From assembly GCF_009914755.1 (NCBI RefSeq), contig NC_060948.1: DNA of 64,000 bases, one strand, 5' to 3'. The position numbers were made by a program, and so were the translations under genes. The stretch is from the human T2T-CHM13v2.0 reference genome, Homo sapiens. Below the pieces are notes generated by a model. That model ran no database searches and had not been told where the DNA came from. It worked only from the letters and a program-made list of their open reading frames with translations. This document shows, piece by piece, positions 41,374-54,769 of this stretch (its first letter is position 1; every line of letters begins with the position of its first letter).

Positions 41374-44300
41374 GGCCTGGAATAAAGTGGAATGCTACGG
41401 TCTCGAATGGAATAAAAATGTATGGAATGGAATGCAATGAAACGGAATCGAATGTCATAGAATGTAATGGAATGCAACAAAATGGAATCCAAAATCATTG
41501 ACTGGAAAGGCTGGGTGTCGAAAGGAATTGACTCCAATGGAATGGAATCGAATGGAATGGAAGTGAATAGAATCGAACTAAATCGAATGGAATGGAATTG
41601 ATAGGAACGGAATGGAAAGGAATGCAATGATTTGGCATGGAATGGAATCGAATGGCATCGAATGGAATGGAATGGAATGCAATGGAATGGAATGTATTAG
41701 AATGTAATGAACTTTAATGGAATGTACTCGAATGGATTCGACTGGAATGGAATGTTCTGGAAGTGAATGGACTCCAATGGAATGGATTCAAAAGGAATGG
41801 AATCGTACGGAATGGAATCTAATGGAATGGAATTAAATGGAAATGAATCAAATTGAATAGCACGGAATTGAATTGAATGGAATGGAATGCAATGGAATCT
41901 AATGAAACGGAAAGGAAAGGAATGGAATGGAATGGAATGGACTGGAATGGAAAGGAATCGAAACGAATGGAATGGAATCGAACTGAAGAGACAGGAATGG
42001 AATGCACTGGAATGGAAGGGAGTGTAATGGAAGGTTCTCGAAAAAAATGGAATCGAATGGAATGGAATTGAATGGAACGGAATAGAGTCGAATGGAATTG
42101 AATGGAATGGAATGGACTAGAGTGAAATGGAATCGAACCACAAGGAATGGACAGGAATAGAATGGTCTCGAATTGAATGGAATCGTATGGAATGGCATCA
42201 AACGGAATGGAATGGACAGCCACGGAATGGAATGCACTCGAATGCAATGGAGTCGAAACTAATGGACTGGAATAGAATGGACTCGACTGGTACGGACTCC
42301 AATGGAATGGAATCGAATGGAAGGGAATCGAAAGGAATGGACTCGAAGGGAAAAGACTGCAATGGAAAGGTCTCGAATGGAATGGAAATTAATGGAATGG
42401 AATGGAATCGAATGAAATGGAGTCAAAAGGAATGGAATCGAATGGCAAGAAATCGAATGTAATGGAATCGCAAGGAATTGATGTGAACGGAACGGAATGG
42501 AATGGAATCCAAAGGAATGGAATAGAATGGAATGGAATCGAATGGAAAGGACTCGAATGGAAATCACTCGAATAGAATGCAATTTAATAAAATAGGATCA
42601 AATGTAATGGAATGGAATGGAAAGGAATCGAAACGAAAGGAATGGAGACAGATGGAATGGAATGGAACAGAGAGCAATGGTATAGAATGGAATGGAATCA
42701 TCTGGAATGGAATTGAATGGAATGGAATAATATGAAATGGAATGGAATGGAATGGAATGGAATGCCCTTGAATTAAATGGACTGGAATGGAATGGACTCG
42801 AACAGAGTGGAATGGAAAGTGTTGAGATAGAATGGAATGGACTCCTTTGGAATGGTGTACTATGCAATGCAATCGACTGGCAGGGAATCAAAAGGAATGT
42901 AATCGAATGGATTGGACTGGAATGCAATGGACTCGAATAGATTGCAAACGGAATGCAAAGGAATGGAATGGAATAGTATGGAATGGACTGGAAAGGAATG
43001 GAGTGGAATAGACTAGAGTGGAATGGAATGGACTGGAAAGCAATGGACTGGAATGGAACTTTCTTGAATGGACTGGAATCAAACGGAATGGAATGCAATG
43101 CAATCAAAAGGCATGGAATAAAATAGAATGAAAGAGAATCAAATGGAATTGAATCGAATGGAATCGAATGGATTGGAAAGGAATAGAATGGAATGGAATG
43201 GAATGGACTAGAATGGAATGGATTCGAATGGAAGGCAAAGGAATGGAATCTATTGGAATGGACTGTAATGGAATGGAATGGAAGGGATTGGAATGGACTC
43301 GAATGGAATTGACTGCAATAGATAGGATTCGAATGGAATGAAAAAGAATTGAATGGAATAGAACAGAATGGAATCAAATCGAATGAAATGGAATGGAATA
43401 GAAAGGAATGGAATGAAATGGAATGGAAAGGATTCGAATGGAATGCAATCGAATGGAATGGAATCGAACGGAATGGAATAAAATGGAAGAAAACTGGCAA
43501 GAAAGGGAATCGATATGAATGGAGTGTTATGGAACGGACTCAAAAGGAATTGAATGTAATAGAATGGAGTGGAGTGGACTCGAATATAATGGACTGGAAT
43601 GGAATGAAATCACATGGAATGGGAACGAATGGAATGGAATGGAAAGGAATGGAATCGAATGGAAAGGAATCGAATGGAAGGGAATGAAATTGAATCAACA
43701 GGAATGGAAGGGAATAGAATAGACGGTAATGGAATGGACTCGAATAGAATGGACACGAATGCTCAAATTGAATGGACTCGAATGGAATGGAAACGAAAGG
43801 AATGTCATCGAATGGAATTGAATCGATTGGAATGAAATCGCATAGAATGGAGTGGAATCAAATGGAATTGAATCGAAAGGAAAGGAAACGAATGGACTGA
43901 AATGAAATGGAATGGAATTGAATGGAAAGTAATGCAATGGAATAGAATGGAACGAAATTTCACGGAATGGAATCAAACTGAATGGAATCAAATCAATGGA
44001 ATCCAATCAAATGGAATGGAGTAGATTGGATTGGATGGGATTGGAATGAAATGTACTGGAAAGGACTCGAATTTCATGAAACGGAATGGAATGAATTGGA
44101 ACGGAATGGACTCGAATGGAATGGAATGTCATAGAATGGCATCAAATGGAATGGCATCAAATGGAATGGAATCGAATGCAATGGAATGCTATGGAATGGA
44201 ATGGAATGCATTGGAATGGAATGTCCTCTAATGGAATGGATTCGAGTGGAATGGAATCGAATATAATGGAGTCGAATGAAATGGAATTGAAAGGAATGGG

Positions 44301-44917
44301 ATCGAATACAATGGAATATACTGGAATGTAATGTAATGAACTGGAATGTAATTGACTGGAATGGAATGTACATGAATGGAATGTAATCGAATGGAAAGTA
44401 ATCCAATGGAATAGAATCTAATGCAATAAAATCGACTCAGATAGAGTAGAATGTAATGGAATGGAGTGCAGTGCAATGGAATGGAATGGAATGGAATGCA
44501 ATGGAATGGAATGGAATGGAATGGAATGGAATGGAATGGAATGGAATGGAATGGGATGGAATGGTATGGAATGGATAGTAATGGACTGGAGTGAAATGGA
44601 CTGGAAAGGAATGGACTCAAATTGAAAGGGCTCGAAAGGAATGGAGTCAAATGGAATGGTCTGGAATGGAATGAACACGAATGTAATGCAATCCAATAGA
44701 ATGGAATCGAATGGCATGGAATATAAAGAAATGGAATCGGAGAGAATGGAAACAAATGGAATGGAAATGAATGGAATGGAATTGAATGGAATGGGAACGA
44801 ATGGAGTGAAATTGTATGCAGTAGAAGGGAATAGAATGGAATGCAAGCGAAAGGAAAGGAATGGATTGGAATGGAATGGAATTCATTGGAATGGAAGGGA
44901 ATGTAGTGTAATGGACA
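41374..44917 (+). repeat. U13: unit, 3544 bp (haplotype D)
   Basis: GGCC at 41374 and 44918. Has the U3 diagnostic variants and is 5 bp longer than U3. Confidence 0.9.
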
Positions 44918-47621
44918 GGCCTGGAATAAAGTGGAATGCTACGGTCTCGAATGGAATAAAAATGTATGGAATGGAATGCAATGAAATGGAATCGAATGTC
45001 ATAGAATATAATGGAATGCAAAAAAATGGAATCCAATATCATTGACTGGAAAGGCTGGGTGTCGAAAGGAATTGACTCCAATGGAATGGAATCGAATGGA
45101 ATGGAGTCAAAAGGAATGGAATCGAATGGCAAGAAATCGAATTTAATGGAATCGCAAGGAATTGATGTGAACGGAACGGAATGGAATGGAATCCAAAGGA
45201 ATGGAATAGAATGGAATGGAATCGAATGGAAAGGACTCGAATGGAAATCACTCGAATAGAATGCAATTTAATAAAATAGGATCAAATGTAATATAATGGA
45301 ATGGAAAGGAATCGAAACGGAAGGAATGGAGACAGGTGGAATGGAATGGAACAGAGAGCAATGGTATAGAATGGAATGGAATCATCTGGAATGGAATTGA
45401 ATGGAATGGAATAATATGAAATGGAATGGAATGGAATGGAATGGAATGCCCTTGAATTAAATGGACTGGACTCGAACAGAGTGGAATGGAAAGTGTTGAG
45501 ATAGAATGGAATGGACTCCTTTGGAATGGTGTAGTATGCAATGCAATCGACTGGCAGGGAATCAAAAGGAATGTAATCGAATGGATTGGACTGGAATGCA
45601 ATGGACTCGAATAGATTGGAAACGGAATGCAAAGGAATGGAATGGAATAGTATGGAATGCAATGGAAGGGAATGGAGTGGAATAGACTAGAGTGGAATGG
45701 AATGGACTGGAAAGCAATGGACTGGAATGGAACTTTCTTGGATGGATTGGAATCAAACGGAATGGAATGCAATGCAATCAAATGGCATGGAATAAAATAG
45801 AATGAAAGAGAATCAAATGGAATTGAATTGAATGGAATCGAATGGATTGGAAAGGAATAGAATGGAATGGAATGGAATTGACTCAAATGGAATGGACTAG
45901 AATGGAATGGATTCGAATGGAAGGCAAAGGAATGGAATCTATTGGAATGGACTGTAATGGAATGGAATGGAAGGGATTGGAATGGACTCGAATGGAATGG
46001 ACGGCAATAGAAAGGATTCGAATGGAATGAAAAAGAATTGAATGGAATAGAACAGAATGGAATCAAATCGAATGAAATGGAATGGAATAGAAAGGAATGG
46101 AATGAAATGGAATGGAAAGGATTCGAATGGAATGCAATCGAATGGAATGGAATCGAACGGAATGGAATAAAATGGAAGAAAACTGGCAAGAAATGGAATC
46201 GAAATGAATGGAGTGTTATGGAACGGACTCAAAAGGAATTGAATGTAATAGAATGGAGTGGAGTGGACTCGAATATAATGGACTGGAATGGAATGAAATC
46301 ACATGGAATGGGAACGAATGGAATGGAATGGAAAGGAATGGAATCGAATGGAAAGGAATCGAATGGAAGGGAATGATATTGAATCAACACGAATGGAAGG
46401 GAATAGAATAGACTGTAATGGAATGGACTCGAATAGAATGGACACGAATGCTCAAATTAAATGGACTCGAATGGAATGGAAACGAAAGGAATGTCATCGA
46501 ATGGAATTGAATCGATTGGAATGAAATCGCATAGAATGGAGTGGAATCAAATGGAATTGAATCGAAAGGAAAGGAAGCGAATGGACTGAAATGAAATGGA
46601 ACGGAATTGAATGGAAAGTAATGCAATGGAATAGAATGGAACGAAATTTCACGGAATGGAATCAAACTGAATGGAATCAAATCAATGGAATCAAATCAAA
46701 TGGAATGGAAAGGAATTGAATGGAGTAGATGGGATTGGATGGGATTGGAATGAAATGTACTGGAAAGGACTCGAATTTCATGAAACGGAATGGAATGAAT
46801 TGGAACGGAATGGACTCGAATGGAATGGAATGTCATGGGATGGCATCAAATGGAATGGCATCAAATGGAATGGAATCGAATGCAATGGAATGCTATGGAA
46901 TGGAATGGAATGCATTGGAATGGAATGTCCTCTAATGGAATGGATTCGAGTGGAATGGAATGGAATATAATGGAGTCGAATGAAATGGAATTGAAAGGAA
47001 TGGGATCGAATACAATGGAATATACTGGAATGTAACGTAATGAACGCGAATGTAATTGACTGGAATGGAATGTACATGAATGGAATGTAATCGAATGGAA
47101 AGTAATCCAATGGAATAGAATCTAATGCAATAAAATCGACTCAGATAGAGTAGAATGTAATGGAATGGAGTGCAGTGCAATGGAATGGAATGGAATGGAA
47201 TGCAATGGAATGGAATGGAATGGAATGCAATGGAATGGAATGGAATGGAATGGAATGGGATGGAATGGTATGGAATGGATAGTAATGGACTGGAGTGAAA
47301 TGGACTGGAAAGGAATGGACTCAAATTGAAAGGGCTCGAAAGGAATGGAGTCAAATGGAATGGTCTGGAATGGAATGAACACGAATGTAATGCAACCCAA
47401 TAGAATGGAATCGAATGGCATGGAATATAAAGAAATGGAATCGAAGAGAATGGAAACAAATGGAATGGAATTGAATGGAATGGAATTGAATGGAATGGGA
47501 ACGAATGGAGTGAAATTGTATGCAGTAGAAGAGAATAGAATGGAATGCAAGCGAAAGGAAAGGAATGGATTGGAATGGAATGGAATTCATTGGAATGGAA
47601 GGGAATGTAGTGTAATGGACA
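44918..47621 (+). repeat. U14: short unit, 2704 bp, ~875-bp internal deletion (haplotype E')
   Basis: GGCC at 44918 and 47622. The junction ATCGAATGGAATGGAGTCAAAAGG near 45101-45105 skips sequence equivalent to U1 ~691-1565. The distal part matches U4. Confidence 0.92.
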
Positions 47622-50600
47622 GGCCTGGAATAAAGTGGAATGCTACGGTCTCGAATGGAATAAAAATGTATGGAATGGAATGCAATGAAACGGAATCGAA
47701 TGTCATAGAATGTAATGGAATGCAAAAAAATGGAATCCAAAATCATTGACTGGAAAGGCTGGGTGTCGAAAGGAATTGACTCCAATGGAATGGAATCGAA
47801 TGGAATGGAAGTGAATAGAATCGAACTAAATCGAATGGAATGGAATTGATAGGAACGGAATGGAAAGGAATGCAATGATTTGGCATGGAATGGAATCGAA
47901 TGGCATCGAATGGAATGGAATGGATTGCAATGGAATGGAATGTATTAGAATGTAATGAACTTTAATGGAATGTACTCGAATGGATTCGACTGGAATGGAA
48001 TGTTCTGGAAGTGAATGGACTCCAATGGAATGGATTCAAAAGGAATGGAATCGTACGGAATGGAATCTAATGGAATGGAATTAAATGGAAATGAATCAAA
48101 TTGAATAGCACGGAATTGAATTGAATGGAATGGAATGCAATGGAATCTAATGAAACGGAAAGGAAAGGAATGGAATGGAATGGAATGGGCTGGAATGGAA
48201 AGGAATCGAAACGAATGGAATGGAATCGAACTGAAGAGACTGGAATGGAATGCACTGGAATGGAAGGGAGTGTAATGGAAGGTTCTCGAAAAAAATGGAA
48301 TCGAATGGAATGGAATTGAATGGAACGGAATAGAGTCGAATGGAATTGAATGGAATGGAATGGACTAGAGTGAAATGGAATCGAACCACAAGGAATGGAC
48401 AGGAATAGAATGGTCTCGAATTGAATGGAATCGTATGGAATGGCATCAAACGGAATGGAATGGACAGCCACGGAATGGAATGCACTCGAATGCAATGGAG
48501 TCGAAACTAATGGACTGGAATAGAATGGACTCGACTGGTACGGACTCCAATGGAATGGAATCGAATGGAAGGGAATCGAACGGAAGGGATTCGAACGGAA
48601 TGGACTCGAAGGGAAAAGACTGCAATGGAAAGGTCTCGAATGGAATGGTAATTAATGGAATGGAATGGAATCGAATGAAATGGAGTCAAAAGGAATGGAA
48701 TCGAATGGCAAGAAATCGAATGTAATGGAATCGCAAGGAATTGATGTGAACGGAACGGAATGGAATGGAATCCAAAGGAATGGAATAGAATGGAATGGAA
48801 TCGAATGGAAATGACTCGAATGGAAATCACTCGAATAGAATGCAATTTAATAAAGTAGGATCAAATGTAATGGAATGGAATGGAAAGGAATCGAAACGAA
48901 AGGAATGGAGACAGATGGAATGGAATGGAACAGAGAGCAATGGTATAGAATGGAATGGAATCATCTGGAATGGAATTGAATGGAATGGAATAATATGAAA
49001 TGGAATGGAATGGAATGGAATGGAATGCCCTTGAATTAAATGGACTGGACTCAAACAGAGTGGAATGGAAAGTGTGGAGATAGAATGGAATGAACTCCTT
49101 TGGAATGGTGTAGTATGCAATGCAATCGACTGGCAGGGAATCAAAAGGAATGTAATCGAATGGATTGGACTGGAATGCAATGGACTCGAATAGATTGGAA
49201 ACGGAATGCAAAGGAATGGAATGGAATAGTATGGAATGCAATGGAAGGGAATGGAGTGGAATAGACTAGAGTGGAATGGAATGGACTGGAAAGCAATGGA
49301 CTGGAATGGAACTTTCTTGGATGGACTGGAATCAAACGGAATGGAATACAATGCAATCAAATGGCATGGAATAAAATAGAATGAAAGAGAATCAAATGGA
49401 ATTGAATCGAATGGAATCGAATGGATTGGAAAGGAATAGAATGGAATGGAATGGAATTGACTCAAATGGAATGGACTAGAATGGAATGGATTCGAATGGA
49501 AGGCAAAGGAATGGAATCTATTGGAATGGACTGTAATGGAATGGAATGGAAGGGATTGGAATGGACTCGAATGGAATGGACTGCAATAGAAAGGATTCGA
49601 ATGGAATGAAAAAGAATTGAATGGAATAGAACAGAATGGAATCAAATCGAATGAAATGGAATGGAATAGAAAGGAATGGAATGAAATGGAATGGAAAGGA
49701 TTCGAATGGAATGCAATCGAATGGAATGGAATCGAACGGAATGGAATAAAATGGAAGAAAACTGGCAAGAAATGGAATCGAAATGAATGGAGTGTTATGG
49801 AACGGACTCAAAAGGAATTGAATGTAATAGAATGGAGTGGAGTGGACTCGAATATAATGGACTGGAATGGAATGAAATCACATGGAATGGGAACGAATGG
49901 AATGGAATGGAAAGGAATGGAATCGAATGGAAAGGAATCGAATGGAAGGGAATGAAATTGAATCAACACGAATGGAAGGGAATAGAATACACTGTAATGG
50001 AATGGACTCGAATAGAATGGACACGAATGCTCAAATTAAATGGACTCGAATGGAATGGAAACGAAAGGAATGTCATCGAATGGAATTGAATCGATTGGAA
50101 TGAAATCGCATAGAATGGAGTGGAATCAAATGGAATTGAATCGAAAGGAAAGGAAGCGAATGGACTGAAATGAAATGGAATGGAATTGAATGGAAAGTAA
50201 TGCAATGGAATAGAATGGAACGAAATTTCACGGAATGGAATCAAACTGAATGGAATCAAATCAATGGAATCAAATCAAATGGAATGGAAAGGAATTGAAT
50301 GGAGTAGATGGGATTGGATGGGACTGGAATGAAATGTACTGGAAAGGACTCGAATTTCATGAAACGGAATGGAATGAATTGGAACGGAATGGACTCGAAT
50401 GGAATGGAATGTCATGGGATGGCATCAAATGGAATGACATCAAATGGAATGGAATCGAATGCAATGGAATGCTATGGAATGGAATGGAATGCATTGGAAT
50501 GGAATGTCCGCTAATGGAATGGATTCGAGTGGAATGGAATTGAATATAATGGAGTCGAATGAAATGGAATTGAAAGGAATGGGATCGAATACAATGGAAT

Positions 50601-53600
50601 ATACTGGAATGTAACGTAATGAACTCGAATGTAATTGACTGGAATGGAATGTAAATGAATGGAATGTAATCGAATGGAAAGTAATCCAATGGAATAGAAT
50701 CTAATGCAATAAAATCGACTCAGATAGAGTAGAATGTAATGGAATGGAGTGCAGTGCAATGGAATGGAATGGAATGGAATGCAATGGAATGGAATGGAAT
50801 GGAAAGGAATGGAATGGAATGGAATGGAATGGGATGGAATGGTATGGAATGGATAGTAATGGACTGGAGTGAAATGGACTGGAAAGGAATGGACTCAAAT
50901 TGAAAGGGCTCGAAAGGAATGGAGTCAAATTGAATGGTCTGGAATGGAATGAACACGAATGTAATGCAACCCAATAGAATGGAATCGAATGGCATGGAAT
51001 ATAAAGAAATGGAATCGAAGAGAATGGAAACAAATGGAATGGAATTGAATGGAATGGAATTGAATGGAATGGGAACGAATGGAGTGAAATTGTATGCAGT
51101 AGAAGAGAATAGAATGGAATGCAAGCGAAAGGAAAGGAATGGATTGGAATGGAATGGAATTCATTGGAATGGAAGGGAATGTAGTGTAATGGACAGGCCT
51201 GGAATAAAGTGGAATGCTACGGTCTCGAATGGAATAAAAATGTATGGAATGGAATGCAATGAAACGGAATCGAATGTCATAGAATGTAATGGAATGCAAA
51301 AAAATGGAATCCAAAATCATTGACTGGAAAGGCTGGGTGTCGAAAGGAATTGACTCCAATGGAATGGAATCGAATGGAATGGAAGTGAATAGAATCGAAC
51401 TAAATCGAATGGAATGGAATTGATAGGAACGGAATGGAAAGGAATGCAATGATTTGGCATGGAATGGAATCGAATGGCATCGAATGGAATGGAATGGAAT
51501 GCAATGGAATGGAATGTATTAGAATGTAATGAACTTTAATGGAATGTACTCGAATGGATTCGACTGGAATGGAATGTTCTGGAAGTGAATGGACTCCAAT
51601 GGAATGGATTCAAAAGGAATGGAATCGTACGGAATGGAATCTAATGGAATGGAATTAAATGGAAATGAATCAAATTGAATAGCACGGAATTGAATTGAAT
51701 GGAATGGAATGCAATGGAATCTAATGAAACGGAAAGGAAAGGAATGGAATGGAATGGAATGGACTGGAATGGAAAGGAATCGAAACGAATGGAATGGAAT
51801 CGAACTGAAGAGACTGGAATGGAATGCACTGGAATGGAAGGGAGTGTAATGGAAGGTTCTCGAAAAAAATGGAATCGAATGGAATGGAATTGAATGGAAC
51901 GGAATAGAGTCGAATGGAATTGAATGGAATGGAATGGACTAGAGTGAAATGGAATCGAACCACAAGGAATGGACAGGAATAGAATGGTCTCGAATTGAAT
52001 GGAATCGTATGGAATGGCATCAAACGGAATGGAATGGACAGCCACGGAATGGAATGCACTCGAATGCAATGGAGTCGAAACTAATGGACTGGAATAGAAT
52101 GGACTCGACTGGTACGGACTCCAATGGAATGGAATCGAATGGAAGGGAATCGAACGGAAGGGAATCGAACGGAATGGACTCGAAGGGAAAAGACTGCAAT
52201 GGAAAGGTCTCGAATGGAATGGAAATTAATGGAATGGAATGGAATCGAATGAAATGGAGTCAAAAGGAATGGAATCGAATGGCAAGAAATCGAATGTAAT
52301 GGAATAGCCAGGAATTGATGTGAACGGAACGGAATGGAATGGAATCCAAAGGAATGGAATAGAATGGAATGGAATCGAATGGAAAGGACTCGAATGGAAA
52401 TCACTCGAATAGAATGCAATTTAATAAAATAGGATCAAATGTAATGGAATGGAATGGAAAGGAATCGAAACGAAAGGAATGGAGACAGATGGAATGGAAT
52501 GGAACAGAGAGCAATGGTATAGAATGGAATGGAATCATCTGGAATGGAATTGAATGGAATGGAATAATATGAAATGGAATGGAATGGAATGGAATGGAAT
52601 GCCCTTGAATTAAATGGACTGGAATGGAATGGACTCAAACAGAGTGGAATGGAAAGTGTGGAGATAGAATGGAATGAACTCCTTTGGAATGGTGTAGTAT
52701 GCAATGCAATCGACTGGCAGGGAATCAAAAGGAATGTAATCGAATGGATTGGACTGGAATGCAATGGACTCGAATAGATTGGAAACGGAATGCAAAGGAA
52801 TGGAATGGTATAGTATGGAATGCAATGGAAGGGAATGGAGTGGAATAGACTAGAGTGGAATGGAATGGACTGGAAAGCAATGGACTGGAATGGAACTTTC
52901 TTGGATGGACTGGAATCAAACGGAATGGAATGCAATGCAATCAAATGGCATGGAATAAAATAGAATGAAAGAGAATCAAATGGAATTGAATCAAATGGAA
53001 TCGAATGGATTGGAAAGGATTAGAATGGAATGGAATGGAATTGACTCAAATGGAATGGACTAGAATGGAATGGATTCGAATGGAAGGCAAAGGAATGGAA
53101 TCTATTGGAATGGACTGTAATGGAATGGAATGGAAGGGATTGGAATGGACTCGAATGGAATGGACTGCAATAGAAAGGATTCGAATGGAATGAAAAAGAA
53201 TTGAATGGAATAGAACAGAATGGAATCAAATCGAATGAAATGGAATGGAATAGAAAGGAATGGAATGAAATGGAATGGAAAGGATTCGAATGGAATGCAA
53301 TCGAATGGAATGGAATTGAACGGAATGGAATAAAATGGAAGAAAACTGGCAAGAAATGGAATCGAAATGAATGGAGTGTTATGGAACGGACTCAAAAGGA
53401 ATTGAATGTAATAGAATGGAGTGGAGTGGACTCGAATATAATGGACTGGAATGGAATGAAATCACATGGAATGGGAACGAATGGAATGGAATGGAAAGGA
53501 ATGGAATCGAATGGAAAGGAATCGAATGGAAGGGAATGAAATTGAATCAACAGGAATGGAAGGGAATAGAATAGACGGTAATGGAATGGACTCGAATAGA

Positions 53601-54769
53601 ATGGACACGAATGCTCAAATTGAATGGACTCGAATGGAATGGAAACGAAAGGAATGTCATCGAATGGAATTGAATGGATTGGAATGAAATCGCATAGAAT
53701 GGAGTGGAATCAAATGGAATTGAATCGAAAGGAAAGGAAGCGAATGGACTGAAATGAAATGGAATGGAATTGAATGGAAAGTAATGCAATGGAATAGAAT
53801 GGAACGAAATTTCACGGAATGGAATCAAACTGAATGGAATCAAATCAATGGAATCAAATCAAATGGAATGGAAAGGAATTGAATGGAGTAGATGGGATTG
53901 GATGGGATTGGAATGAAATGTACTGGAAAGGACTCGAATTTCATGAAACGGAATGGAATGAATTGGAACGGAATGGACTCGAATGGAATGGAATGTCATG
54001 GGATGGCATCAAATGTAATGGCATCAAATGGAATGGAATCGAATGCAATGGAATGCTATGGAATGGAATGGAATGCATTGGAATGGAATGTCCTCTAATG
54101 GAATGGATTCGAGTGGAATGGAATTGATTATAATGTAGTCGAATGAAATGGAATTGAAAGGAATGGGATCGAATACAATGGAATATACTGGAATGTAACG
54201 TAATGAACTCGAATGTAATTGACTGGAATGGAATGTACATGAATGGAATGTAATCGAATGGAAAGTAATCCAATGGAATAGAATCTAATGCAATAAAATC
54301 GACTCAGATAGAGTAGAATGTAATGGAATGGAGTGCAGTGCAATGGAATGGAATGGAATGGAATGCAATGGAATGGAATGGAATGGAATGGAATGGAATG
54401 GAATGGGATGGAATGGTATGGAATGGATATTAATGGACTGGAGTGAAATGGACTGGAAAGGAATGGACTCAAATTGAAAGGTCTCGAAAGGAATGGAGTC
54501 AAATGGAATGGTCTGGAATGGAATGAACACGAATGTAATGCAACCCAATAGAATGGAATCGAATGGCATGGAATATAAAGAAATGGAATCGAAGAGAATG
54601 GAAACAAATGGAATGGAATTGAATGGAATGGAATTGAATGGAATGGGAACGAATGGAGTGAAATTCTATGCAGTAGAAGAGAATAGAATGGAATGCAAGC
54701 GAAAGGAAAAGAATGGATTGGAATGGAATGGAATTCATTGGAATGGAAGGGAATGTAGTGTAATGGACA
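47622..54769 (+). repeat. U15 and U16: units of 3574 bp each
   Basis: GGCC at 47622, 51196 and 54770. Both have GTGTGGAGAT, GGTGTAGTATGC and CTTGGATGGAC, but they differ elsewhere. Confidence 0.88.
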
